A DNA stretch of 64,000 nt, taken from assembly GCF_009931435.1 (NCBI RefSeq), contig NZ_CP043414.1; one strand, written 5' to 3'. Origin of the DNA: Escherichia coli. GTDB lineage: Bacteria > Pseudomonadota > Gammaproteobacteria > Enterobacterales > Enterobacteriaceae. Numbering within the stretch: the stretch's first letter is position 1; every line of letters starts with the position of its first letter. Of the stretch, positions 30,772-41,417 are shown one piece after another. The notes under the pieces were generated by a model that saw only the letters and a list, made by a program, of their open reading frames with translations, had not been told where the DNA came from and ran no database searches. The translations under genes and the position numbers were made by a program.

Positions 30772-31015
30772 AAGGTCTTACTCCTGTCGTAATTAATTGT
30801 TCAGCCGCCGTGCCGTAAAAATATCTCCTTGTTTAACCATAGACGGCGGCTTGCAGGCACACCTTCGCCCCTGAGAAAATTTAATCAGGTTGTGAGCTAC
30901 CGCGCATTATGCCGTCTGTGAGATTATCTTCTGGAGTATAGACAAGGGGTTAGGAAATATGACTGCTATTCGAAATTCATATTACCCAACCTAAGATGAA
31001 TTAAATTAAACGCTA

Positions 31016-32422
31016 TTACAGCCGTTCTTGAATAAGTTTGCCTAATTGTTTAACCGCCTGTTCTTCGCGCTCGCCCCACTGCCATGCAGTATTAAAACGA
31101 AAAAAACGTGACCAGTTTGCACCGGTAGAAAACATTTTACCCGGCGCAATACTGATATGATGCGTCAGTGCTGCCAGGCTTAATTCGCCCGCATCTAACG
31201 GCGCGGGGAGTTCCAGCCAGAGAAAATAACCGCTGTCATTATGATGAATTTTCACTTCCGCAGACAGATAACGCAGCAGTGCCTGCCAGGCACGTTGTTT
31301 ACGTTCCGCAAGCTGGCGACGCAGGCGACGAAGATGGGCGTCGTATCGGCGCGTGGAAAGGTAATCCACCAGTGCAAGCTGCATCGGTGAGCTGGTGGAA
31401 AGCGTACTCATCAACTGCAAGCGTTGAATTTTACGTGCATGTTTTCCGGCGGCGACCCAACCAATACGAAAACCAGGCACCAGACATTTCGAAAACGAAG
31501 AGCAATGCAAAACACCATCGTGGCGATCCCACGCTTTCGCAGGCAGCGGTTTTTCCCGTCCAAAATAAAGTTCGCTGTAAACGTCATCTTCAATCAGCGT
31601 TACGTTGTATTGATTGAGCAACGCTACCAGTTGTTCTTTTTTCTGCGGCGTTAAGGTAAAACCGAGCGGATTCTGGCTATTAGTCATCAGCCAGCACGCT
31701 TTCACCGGATACTCCTGCAACGCCAGTTCCAGCGCCTGAAGGTCGATCCCTTCGTTAACGTCCGTCGCCACCGATAACGCCTTCAGCCGTAACCGCTCCA
31801 GCGCCTGCAACGCGCCGTAGAAACAAGGATTCTCTACTATCACCCAATCGCCTGGTTCCGTTACCGCTTGTAAACTGAGGTTTAATGCCTCTAACGCCCC
31901 GGCGGTAATGACAATTTCATCAGGAGAAATAGTGATGCCCTGTAAGGCATAGCGACGAGCAATAGCCTGACGCAGTTCTGCGTTTCCTGGCGGTAAGTTT
32001 TCAATCACGCTCATCGCCGTGGCGGTTTTGCTTACCTGCGCCAGCGAGCGGTTTAGTTGTTGGAGGGGGAAAAGTCGCGGGTCGGGAAAGGCCGAGGCAA
32101 ACGGAACTACCGACGGATCGCGACTGGCCTGCAACATATCAAAAATATAGGTGTTGATATCGACTGCTTCATCTCGAGTGACTGGAATGACTGTCGCTTT
32201 CGGCATTTTTATTGCCTGTGGCGCAACGTAATAACCCGATTGCGGTCGCGCGATAATATATCCCTGACTTTCGAGCAACTGATAGGCATGGCTGACAGTC
32301 ATAAAGCTCATGCCAGAAAGCGCCACCTGGTCACGCAACGAAGGCAAACGATCTCCGGGTTGCCAGATACCCGACGCAATCTGCTCGCGTAATTGTTCTG
32401 CAAGCTGCTGGTATTTTTTCAT
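31016..32422 (-). CDS. ydcR: MocR-type GntR-HTH/aminotransferase-domain fusion regulator
   Basis: 468-aa ORF with an N-terminal GntR HTH and a C-terminal fold-type I PLP domain. Confidence 0.88.
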   Translation of the reverse strand: MKKYQQLAEQLREQIASGIWQPGDRLPSLRDQVALSGMSFMTVSHAYQLLESQGYIIARPQSGYYVAPQAIKMPKATVIPVTRDEAVDINTYIFDMLQASRDPSVVPFASAFPDPRLFPLQQLNRSLAQVSKTATAMSVIENLPPGNAELRQAIARRYALQGITISPDEIVITAGALEALNLSLQAVTEPGDWVIVENPCFYGALQALERLRLKALSVATDVNEGIDLQALELALQEYPVKACWLMTNSQNPLGFTLTPQKKEQLVALLNQYNVTLIEDDVYSELYFGREKPLPAKAWDRHDGVLHCSSFSKCLVPGFRIGWVAAGKHARKIQRLQLMSTLSTSSPMQLALVDYLSTRRYDAHLRRLRRQLAERKQRAWQALLRYLSAEVKIHHNDSGYFLWLELPAPLDAGELSLAALTHHISIAPGKMFSTGANWSRFFRFNTAWQWGEREEQAVKQLGKLIQERL

Positions 32423-32499
32423 TATCGAATCGTTATTATGTGCAGGTGATTCGGCAGTCTATATCAGTTGTTAAAAATGACAACTTTTCATTAACTGTT

Positions 32500-32625
<126 letters not shown>

Positions 32626-32656
32626 TGTACCCACAATAACACGAGGGGGTACAACA

Positions 32657-32827
32657 ATGAACATCGGTAAAGCAATCATCAACTACGCAGCGCGTCGCAA
32701 CATGGACATTACCTGATTGACGATGAGACCGTGGCGTTCTGGGAAGCGGATAACGATTGTGAATGGATGTTCTCCTACATGATTGGTAATGATGGTTTCC
32801 TCCACTTTAAAGGCAATGTGTATCTGC
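32657..32827 (+). pseudogene. 5' part of a small unknown gene, interrupted by the IS element and carrying an internal frame shift
   Basis: Strong SD (ACGAGGGGG) and ATG at 32657 encode MNIGKAIINYAARRNMDIT then a stop; the +2 frame continues ...LIDDETVAFWEADNDCEWMFSYMIGNDGFLHFKGNVYL up to the IS boundary. Confidence 0.5.
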
Positions 32828-32835
32828 TGTAGTGG

Positions 32836-33656
<821 letters not shown>

Positions 33657-33700
33657 GTTGCATACAACGGCAACAGGAAACCGCGCCCTGAGTTTCTCAA

Positions 33701-34012
<312 letters not shown>

Positions 34013-34078
34013 AATGTCACCTGTTTTTGACTATGAGGCGATGATATCACCTCTATTCAGGTGGCCAAATTCAGTGTG

Positions 34079-34265
34079 CCACTACAGTATGGCTAAGATG
34101 GAATCAGAGATTAAATCACTTAAAGCTGATAACGCCGCATTACGAAAGAGTTTAAAACTGATTGATGAGACTAATGCGGTTATGATGGATCATGTATTCC
34201 CTGAGTGGCGAAATGAAACTAAACCTACACAATATAAGAAACCTACACTTCGAGTGGTTGCATAA
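34079..34265 (+). pseudogene. 3' part of the IS-interrupted small gene (coiled-coil tail)
   Basis: The frame continues across the IS: ...GNVYL | RMAKMESEIKSLKADNAALRKSLKLIDETNAVMMDHVFPEWRNETKPTQYKKPTLRVVA*. Confidence 0.45.
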
Positions 34266-34365
34266 AAAAAGGGACTCCGAAGAGTCCCTAGTAAGTTTAG
34301 GTTAGGTTTGCACAACAAAGATGAGGTTATAATGAACATAATGCTACATTATTCTTTAAAGCCAG

Positions 34366-34390
34366 AAAAATAACCGCCCCGAAGGGCGGG
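34366..34390 (-). terminator. Rho-independent terminator-like hairpin (ccgccccgaagggcgg) with a T-run on the minus strand
   Basis: GC stem plus ttatttttct on the minus strand, downstream of the minus-strand small ORFs. Confidence 0.5.
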
Positions 34391-34547
34391 AGGATTAATA
34401 CTCAATCTATACTTGTTATGTTTTTATGTTGTATAGATCACTGACTATGAAAACACTGTACTGGAGTGTGTTTTATGGCTTTTAATCGGGAATCCTCAAA
34501 GAAGATCCCCTGTTAATAACCATAAGGAGAAAAGGCAGATTACACTA

Positions 34548-34721
34548 TTATTTAGCATCCTTTTTACAGCAACTAAAAAGAATAAACAGGATTAAACATC
34601 CCCAGCCGTAAGGTGTACCAATTAGAAATTTGAAAAACACCACCATCGATATAAAAATCAATTTAATGCCAGCGACGATAGTCAAAAACAGCAGAGTAGC
34701 AAAGTAGACAAAAAGATCCAT
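34548..34721 (-). CDS. Small hydrophobic membrane peptide (57 aa)
   Basis: ATG with GAGG 9 nt upstream; MDLFVYFATLLFLTIVAGIKLIFISMVVFFKFLIGTPYGWGCLILFILFSCCKKDAK; below the ORF-track cutoff. Confidence 0.4.
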   Translation of the reverse strand: MDLFVYFATLLFLTIVAGIKLIFISMVVFFKFLIGTPYGWGCLILFILFSCCKKDAK

Positions 34722-34770
34722 AGATAATCCTCTTTGAAAACGACCATCATCTATAGTTCAATTCATCGAT

Positions 34771-34953
34771 TTAATTAATGATACTTGAAAGCGTTACACA
34801 CAGCAGAAATGCCAATATGTGCCATGAATATACGATAGTTAATCCTACAGTAAGACAAATCAAAAATTCAACCATAGGTAAATCCTCAAATAAGAAAAAG
34901 GTTAGCGGGGGGTGATTCCCCCCGTAGACGTTGACCAGCTCAACATCTTTCAT
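34771..34953 (-). CDS. Small hydrophobic peptide (60 aa; internal start would give 34 aa: MVEFLICLTVGLTIVYSWHILAFLLCVTLSSIIN)
   Basis: ORF with a hydrophobic C-terminal segment; the internal ATG has GAGGA upstream. Confidence 0.35.
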   Translation of the reverse strand: MKDVELVNVYGGNHPPLTFFLFEDLPMVEFLICLTVGLTIVYSWHILAFLLCVTLSSIIN

Positions 34954-34973
34954 ACATTTATTTATAACGCGTT

Positions 34974-35540
34974 TTAAGACACATCAAATTCATCGTCTTC
35001 TTCTGGTTCTTGTTCCGGTTCATCCATTAATGGTAATTCTTCTTCCTCGTCTTCTCCCAAATCAGCATTTTCGAACAAGTCCCCTACTTCATTTAAACGA
35101 AGCTCGATGATCTCCCTTAGCTTATTCTTCAATGTTTTCTGATCAGTGGCGGATTCTAAAATTTCTAGGGCATCGATTGTGGCGATCTGCAAGATAGTCT
35201 GCTTCACCTTCCCACAATATTCAGCTAGTTCCTGTTCTACATACCCGACCGGAATCAGGAGATTCATTGCTTCCTGGTTCTCTCGTTCGGCTGCATCTGC
35301 TAATGCTCTCTCACGGCGTAATTTCTCTACGTCGATTTGTTCCTTGATAGAAGTTTCTTTAAGCGGGTTAATGATGTTCTTCAAGACCCAATCACACCCA
35401 GGCTTCGCCGGGACACGTCTTGTATTTGTGTTATAAGGTAGACCCCTTTCTAACCATTTCTTAGCGGCGTTAATTGTATAGCCGTATAAGCGGGAAATTT
35501 CTGTAAGGGTTAATTCTTCTTTCATCCGGTTATCCTCCAT
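34974..35540 (-). CDS. Phage terminase small-subunit (lambda Nu1)-like HTH protein with acidic C-terminal tail
   Basis: 188 aa; N-terminal HTH-like LTLTEISRLYGYTINAAKKWLERGLPY, central EKLRRE coiled-coil segment, C-terminal DEEEELPLMDEPEQEPEEDDEFDVS; resembles the Nu1/TerS layout. Confidence 0.6.
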   Translation of the reverse strand: MEDNRMKEELTLTEISRLYGYTINAAKKWLERGLPYNTNTRRVPAKPGCDWVLKNIINPLKETSIKEQIDVEKLRRERALADAAERENQEAMNLLIPVGYVEQELAEYCGKVKQTILQIATIDALEILESATDQKTLKNKLREIIELRLNEVGDLFENADLGEDEEEELPLMDEPEQEPEEDDEFDVS

Positions 35541-35886
35541 TAAATTTGCGTAAAATTATTTATCTGATCTACGCATTCAGGAGAGCGCCTAAAACGCTTT
35601 CTAACGACATGAAAGATCTAGGCGTGGAAAGGAATTGGCGGGTGTTAATAGTCGCGTAGCGACCGCGCTGGTGGGCTGCACTGCACCTGTTTTGAAATCT
35701 CACACGCACATCAAATACCGGGGTGCCGAAAACTCCCTTTATTTCATCCGCGGAACAGTACCTTTTTAATTTGTCAAGCATTAATTTCTTAATTTAATTA
35801 CTAAATCTCACCCCAATAATTGAAAAAATATCAAAAATCAATAAAGTAAGCATCTAAAAGTCAGTCCATACCAAAAGAGGTATAAA

Positions 35887-36666
35887 ATGAAAAACATTAT
35901 CGCTGCTATCGTGCTTTCTGCTACTGCTTTCGGTGCTGATGCTGCGTCCTTTGATTGCACTAAGGCTATAACCAAATCAGAGAAGTTTATTTGTGCTAAT
36001 GAGTCAATCTCCGCACTGGATTCTAAACTTCATGAAGTATATGTTAAGGCTGTTAAGATTGATCCGTCTCTTAAACAAGAGCAACGCAACTGGAATAAAA
36101 CTGTTCGTGATACAATGATCAATATCGGGCAGATTCAGCCACTGGAGGCTGTATACAACGCTCAAATCCAAAACTTGATGAATGTATTATCTAAAGAAGA
36201 AACCGCGTCAGAGAGCGTTACAGATGATTCTGCAAAGGTTGAAGAAGAACAACCGAAACAGGAAGAAGTAAAGAAACTGAATGTTACCGCGATTTACGCA
36301 TGTACTGCAAAATTTACATGGAAAGTTATCGATGGTGAGGAAACAGAAGCTGTAAAAGATTACTTATACGGAAACAAAGATCATGATGATAAAGGCGGTA
36401 AACTTAAAATCAAACTGGTAGATGATGTTCCTGTGTATTTTGTTTACACCGACAAATATAACGTTTATAAATCACCACTCAAACCAGCTAAAGAAAATCC
36501 AAACGCAATGGAGGGTAAATCCAAACAGGATACTATTGGACGTGTTAACACTTATAACATCTGGGTAAGCAAAAAAGGTGACATGCGTCTTGAAGTTATT
36601 GAACCAAAATATGATTCTGAATATAAACACACTCAATTTGCATGTGACATGGTAGACGCAGAGTAA
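35887..36666 (+). CDS. Secreted protein with N-terminal DUF1311 (LprI-like) domain and unknown C-terminal domain
   Basis: Signal peptide MKNIIAAIVLSATAFGADA; FDCTKAITKSEKFICANESISALDSKLHEVY matches the DUF1311 N-terminal pattern; AT-rich. Confidence 0.65.
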   Translation: MKNIIAAIVLSATAFGADAASFDCTKAITKSEKFICANESISALDSKLHEVYVKAVKIDPSLKQEQRNWNKTVRDTMINIGQIQPLEAVYNAQIQNLMNVLSKEETASESVTDDSAKVEEEQPKQEEVKKLNVTAIYACTAKFTWKVIDGEETEAVKDYLYGNKDHDDKGGKLKIKLVDDVPVYFVYTDKYNVYKSPLKPAKENPNAMEGKSKQDTIGRVNTYNIWVSKKGDMRLEVIEPKYDSEYKHTQFACDMVDAE

Positions 36667-36925
36667 GAGGTGAAATGATGCAATTCAATAGCATGAAGAT
36701 TACTCAAAAATGGTGGGATGCGATGAAAGCTAACCACCAGAACGATATTAATTAAGTAACATTTTAGATATACAGCACCCAGCTAACAGATCACCTTTTA
36801 TGGATTTCATTATAACCCCTTTGATCTGGAAACTATGTTAATTAGTTGATTTCTAAGCCTTGTCCTTGTGATGGGGCTTTTTATTGCAAAATTTTTAGTT
36901 ATTTTGGGTTGACTACATTCGGGTT

Positions 36926-37046
36926 GCCAATTCGCCTGGCTAACTCTTGCTGAGTGATTTCTGACTGTAAAAAAGCATTTAACAGCAATACCTTAGAGGC
37001 GACGCTCAAAGGCACTTCAATAAAGTGATCGTGACTATTTAATGGC
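36926..37046 (-). pseudogene. hicB: hicB antitoxin internal fragment (about codons 59-98)
   Basis: Reverse translation NSHDHFIEVPLSVASKVLLLNAFLQSEITQQELARRIG, then divergence (NPNVVNPK*); stop codons upstream, no N-terminal region. Confidence 0.65.
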
Positions 37047-37226
37047 GAAGTTTACCTCCGTGTGTAATGTGCTCGAAAATAGCACTAAATCGCCGCAACG
37101 GCAGAATGCAATGCAAAATCAGGAAGGAAGATTCCAGAATTTCTTTGCGCTAATTTGCAAAACTGAATAATAACCTCAAGAAACGATCGGCATCATAGCG
37201 GCAAAAGGTCAGAAAAAGGTGGCGGG

Positions 37227-37457
37227 ATGTTTTCGAAGGCGTTATCGGTTGTCTTATTAACGTGTGCACTGTTCTCAGGACAACTCATGGCAGGGCACAA
37301 AGGACATGAATTTATGTGGGTAAAGAATGTGGATCATCAGCTGCGTCATGAAGCGGACAGCGATGAATTGCGTGCCGTGGCGGAAGAGTCGGCGGAAGGT
37401 TTGCGCGAGCATTTTTACTGGCAAAAATCGCGCAAACCAGAAGCAGGACAGCATTGA
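37227..37457 (+). CDS. yncJ: Small secreted protein YncJ (DUF2554)
   Basis: 76-aa ORF with signal peptide MFSKALSVVLLTCALFSGQLMA. Confidence 0.8.
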   Translation: MFSKALSVVLLTCALFSGQLMAGHKGHEFMWVKNVDHQLRHEADSDELRAVAEESAEGLREHFYWQKSRKPEAGQH

Positions 37458-37464
37458 GTCGTAT

Positions 37465-37500
37465 GATGCCGGATGCGGCGTGACGCCTTACCCGGCCAAC
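37465..37500. repeat. REP element (gatgccggatgcggcgtgacgccttacccggcc)
   Basis: Typical REP consensus (gccggatgcggcg...) between convergent yncJ and ydcP. Confidence 0.6.
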
Positions 37501-37548
37501 AAGATCATGCAGACTCAATGAGCTGAGAATAACCTGAAAACCTGCGTT

Positions 37549-39510
37549 TTATCCTTTACGCTTCGGCAATGTTTTTAGCAGCTCATCCGGGCTTACGGAG
37601 GCGACAACACTCCCTGGTAACGGCATTTTAAGAATGTGATTTTTGATTTTGCCAATGACGTGCATCTCACATGGGCGACAATCGAACTTTAGCGTTAATA
37701 CTTCATCGCCATTAACCAGTTGCATTGGCGTCGCCTTCCAGCTTTTGATGTTACCTTTTGCCTGTTTCGGACACAGATTGAAGGCAAAGCGCAGACAATG
37801 CTTGGTGATCATTACCGGCACTTCCCCCTTCTCTTCATGCGCTTCATACGCCGCATCAATCAGTTGCACACCATAGCGATGATAAAATTCACGCGCTTTC
37901 TGGTTGTAAACGTTCGCGAGGAAACTCAAATGCGTTTGCGGATAAACCGGCGCAGGGTCAGCAACCGGTTTACGACTGCCGCGCTGATAACTGGCAAGAC
38001 GTGCAGCATCCAGCATGTCAACGGCTTCACGGCGGAACTGATTTAACAGACTGTTCGGTACAAACAGCGCACCAGGCAGGTTAATTTGCACATCGCGGGC
38101 GTAATAGATGGTTTGCCCCAGCTTAGCCAGACCATCTTTCAGGTTATTAAGCGCTTTTTCGGCGTTATTAGCTTCGTCGAATTGTCCATCCAGCGTATGC
38201 GTGACGCTGACGCCCTCTTCACTGGTCAGGGTCAGAATCAGTTGTTCCTGCCAGCCGCCCAGTTCAATGTCTACCGCTACGCGACGTTCGCTGGATGTTT
38301 TGGTCAACGCCTGCTGCCAGTTATGGTCCAGATTACGATTAAGCGGATGATGCGGACGAATTTTATGCAAATCCGCAGGCATCTCATTTGGCCAGACGCG
38401 GTACTGATTTTGCCCGGTTTTTTCGACTGTATTGGCGCGAAAGCCAACCACTTCACGTTTAATCATCACATTCAGACCATCGCCATTTGCTAACGGCTCG
38501 GTGACGGCAACATCAATATGATCTTTCGCTACTTTCAATACTTCGCCCACCGGCAGGCCAATGAATTTCGGTGAATCGAACGCGCCAATATCGCCTTTAC
38601 GCGCGTTAACAAAGTAGTCTGTGCTGCCTCGGTGGAAAGTCTTTTCCGTCGACGGGACAAAGAAATGTTCAGTACGACCTGATGACGCACGCGCCAGATC
38701 GCCACGTTCTTCAATAATGGCATCCAGCATCTGGCGATAATGTGCGGTGATATTCTTCACGTAACTCATATCTTTGTAACGCCCTTCAATCTTGAAGGAG
38801 CGCACGCCAGCATCAATCAGCGCGCCGAGGTTGGCAGTCTGATCGTTATCTTTCATCGACAGCAGATGTTTTTCATAGGAAACCACCCGCCCCTGATCGT
38901 CTTTCAATGTGTATGGCAAACGGCACGCCTGCGAGCAATCGCCACGGTTGGCGCTACGCCCTGTTTGCGCATGAGAAATGTAGCACTGACCCGAATAGGC
39001 CACGCACAATGCACCATGAATAAAGAATTCAATGGTCGCGTCCGTGGCCTGGTGAATCGCGCGGATCTGCTCAAGATTCAGCTCTCGCGCCAGCACAATC
39101 TGCGTAAAGCCAACATCAGAGAGGAACTTCGCTTTTTCTACTGTGCGAATATCGCACTGCGTACTGGCGTGCAGTTCAATCGGCGGAATATCAAGTTCCA
39201 GAATCCCCATATCCTGAACAATCAGCGCATCGACGCCGGTCTGGTAGAGGTCGGTAATCAGCCGTTGCGCAGGTTCCAGCTCATCATCATGCAAAATGGT
39301 GTTAAGCGTGACGAAAATTTTTGCACCATAACGATGGGCAAACGGCACCAGTTCGGCAATATCTTTCAGGCTATTACTGGCATTATGACGGGCACCAAAA
39401 CCAGGGCCGCCGATATAAACAGCATCGGCACCGTGCAAAATAGCTTCGCGGGCAATGGCGGCATCGCGTGCCGGGCTTAACAGTTCAAGTCGATGAGAAG
39501 ATACGGTCAC
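37549..39510 (-). CDS. ydcP: Peptidase U32-family protein (23S rRNA hydroxycytidine synthase RlhA / YdcP)
   Basis: U32 signature region; the ORF track starts at a GTG at 39552 (667 aa); the GTG at 39510 gives the 653 aa recalled for K-12; start uncertain. Confidence 0.85.
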   Translation of the reverse strand: MTVSSHRLELLSPARDAAIAREAILHGADAVYIGGPGFGARHNASNSLKDIAELVPFAHRYGAKIFVTLNTILHDDELEPAQRLITDLYQTGVDALIVQDMGILELDIPPIELHASTQCDIRTVEKAKFLSDVGFTQIVLARELNLEQIRAIHQATDATIEFFIHGALCVAYSGQCYISHAQTGRSANRGDCSQACRLPYTLKDDQGRVVSYEKHLLSMKDNDQTANLGALIDAGVRSFKIEGRYKDMSYVKNITAHYRQMLDAIIEERGDLARASSGRTEHFFVPSTEKTFHRGSTDYFVNARKGDIGAFDSPKFIGLPVGEVLKVAKDHIDVAVTEPLANGDGLNVMIKREVVGFRANTVEKTGQNQYRVWPNEMPADLHKIRPHHPLNRNLDHNWQQALTKTSSERRVAVDIELGGWQEQLILTLTSEEGVSVTHTLDGQFDEANNAEKALNNLKDGLAKLGQTIYYARDVQINLPGALFVPNSLLNQFRREAVDMLDAARLASYQRGSRKPVADPAPVYPQTHLSFLANVYNQKAREFYHRYGVQLIDAAYEAHEEKGEVPVMITKHCLRFAFNLCPKQAKGNIKSWKATPMQLVNGDEVLTLKFDCRPCEMHVIGKIKNHILKMPLPGSVVASVSPDELLKTLPKRKG

Positions 39511-39582
39511 ATTCTTATCCAGTAGCTGAAAAATGGCGGCTATTTTAGCCACAAGCGCGACGTTGCGAAATAGTTTTCCCGC

Positions 39583-40119
39583 TTAACTGCGTGGGTAATG
39601 GATGAGGGAATGAAAATGTACGATTTGCTCCCCACCATTACGATAGACATGCGTAACGTCTGCAGCAAATCGAGCGCCTTCTCCACAATTAAGGCTCTGC
39701 CATTCACCATCAACGCACAGATCAAGTTGCCCATCAATGACGACAACATGTTCGATTACTCCCTTCTCATGGGGCGTCGATTCACTTATTGCACCGGGAG
39801 CCATCTGAATTGAGAAGTGTTCAAAGCAGAGTTGCGGATCATAAGGAAACAGCGAAGTGATCACCATCGCCTGCTGTTGCGGATCATAAACTGAAGGCGT
39901 AGCGGACTGCGGCGGAGAAATAAATGTCGAAAATGGCACATTCAACCCGGTGGCAATTTTCCATAATGTCGCGACCGTCGGGCTGGACTCATTACGCTCA
40001 ATCTGCCCTAACATCGCTTTAGAAACCCCCGTCGCTTCTGCCAGTCGCGAAAGACTCCAGCCGCGCTGCTGACGCAGATGTTTAAGTGTAGTGGATAAAA
40101 AGCGAGTGAGATTTTCCAT
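39583..40119 (-). CDS. ydcN: XRE-family HTH regulator with cupin domain
   Basis: 178-aa ORF; N-terminal HTH (LRQQRGWSLSRLAEATGVSKAMLGQIERNESSPT). Confidence 0.85.
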   Translation of the reverse strand: MENLTRFLSTTLKHLRQQRGWSLSRLAEATGVSKAMLGQIERNESSPTVATLWKIATGLNVPFSTFISPPQSATPSVYDPQQQAMVITSLFPYDPQLCFEHFSIQMAPGAISESTPHEKGVIEHVVVIDGQLDLCVDGEWQSLNCGEGARFAADVTHVYRNGGEQIVHFHSLIHYPRS

Positions 40120-40210
40120 GTGACTCCTCCGGCAAAGCGGAAGTTTATCACTTGTGCGTTATAACGGACAAATGCTACGGTACCTGTACGCTATAACGCA
40201 CGAGGTGACC

Positions 40211-41383
40211 ATGCGTCTGTTTTCTATTCCTCCACCCACGCTACTGGCGGGGTTTCTGGCGGTATTAATTGGCTACGCCAGTTCAGCGGCAATAATCTGG
40301 CAAGCAGCGATTGTCGCCGGAGCCACCACTGCACAAATCTCTGGCTGGATGACGGCGCTGGGGCTGGCAATGGGCGTCAGTACGCTGGCTCTGACATTAT
40401 GGTATCGCGTACCTGTTCTCACCGCATGGTCAACGCCTGGCGCGGCTTTGTTGGTCACCGGATTACAGGGACTAACACTTAACGAAGCCATCGGCGTTTT
40501 TATTGTCACCAACGCGTTAATAGTCCTCTGCGGCATAACGGGACTCTTTGCTCGTCTGATGCGCATTATTCCGCACTCGCTTGCGGCGGCAATGCTTGCC
40601 GGGATTTTATTACGCTTTGGTTTACAGGCGTTTGCCAGTCTGGATGGTCAGTTTACGTTATGCGGTAGTATGTTGCTGGCGTGGCTGGCGACAAAAACTT
40701 ATGCGCCGCGTTATGCGGTAATTGCGGCGATGATAGTTGGCATCGTAATCGTTATTTTACAAGGTGACGTTGTCACAGGGGATATTGCCTTTAAACCCGT
40801 TCTCCCCGCTTATATTGCCCCTGAATTTTCGTTTGCTCACAGTCTGAGCGTTGCACTCCCCCTTTTTCTGGTGACGATGGCATCGCAAAACGCACCGGGT
40901 ATTGCGGCAATGAAAGCGGCCGGGTATTCGGCTCCTGTTTCGCCGTTGATTGTATTTACTGGATTGCTGGCGCTGGTATTTTCCCCTTTCGGGGTTTATT
41001 CCGTTGGTATTGCAGCAATCACCGCGGCTATTTGCCAAAGCCCGGAAGCGCATCCGGATAAAGATCAACGTTGGCTGGCAGCTGCCGTCGCAGGCGTTGT
41101 TTATTTGTTTGCAGGTCTGTTTGGTAGCGCCATAACTGGAATGATGGCCGCGCTGCCCGTGAGTTGGATCCAGATGCTGGCAGGTCTGGCGCTGTTGAGT
41201 ACCATTGGCGGCAGTTTGTATCAGGCGCTGCATAATGAGCGTGAGCGAGACGCGGCGGTGGTGGCATTTCTGGTAACGGCAAGTGGATTGACGCTGGTCG
41301 GGATTGGTTCTGCGTTCTGGGGATTAATTGCCGGAGGCGTTTGTTACGTGGTGTTGAATTTAATCGCTGACAGAAACCGATAA
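40211..41383 (+). CDS. ydcO: BenE-family transporter
   Basis: Polytopic membrane ORF; start set at the ATG at 40211. Confidence 0.82.
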   Translation: MRLFSIPPPTLLAGFLAVLIGYASSAAIIWQAAIVAGATTAQISGWMTALGLAMGVSTLALTLWYRVPVLTAWSTPGAALLVTGLQGLTLNEAIGVFIVTNALIVLCGITGLFARLMRIIPHSLAAAMLAGILLRFGLQAFASLDGQFTLCGSMLLAWLATKTYAPRYAVIAAMIVGIVIVILQGDVVTGDIAFKPVLPAYIAPEFSFAHSLSVALPLFLVTMASQNAPGIAAMKAAGYSAPVSPLIVFTGLLALVFSPFGVYSVGIAAITAAICQSPEAHPDKDQRWLAAAVAGVVYLFAGLFGSAITGMMAALPVSWIQMLAGLALLSTIGGSLYQALHNERERDAAVVAFLVTASGLTLVGIGSAFWGLIAGGVCYVVLNLIADRNR

Positions 41384-41388
41384 TAAAA

Positions 41389-41409
41389 AGCGCCATCTTA
41401 CGATGGCGC
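41389..41409. terminator. Hairpin between convergent ydcO and ydcL (agcgccatcttacgatggcgc)
   Basis: GC stem flanked by A/T runs. Confidence 0.5.
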
Positions 41410-41417
41410 GGCTGGAA

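Noticed and set aside
34905-34923. G6/C6 palindrome as an independent regulatory element or terminator
   Set aside because: It lies inside a candidate small ORF, and its T-run is not adjacent; kept only as a note in the small-peptide finding.
35569-35781. 70-aa minus-strand ORF upstream of the TerS-like gene
   Set aside because: No RBS and odd composition; more likely non-coding leader, possibly cos-like. A cos site was looked for but not identified.
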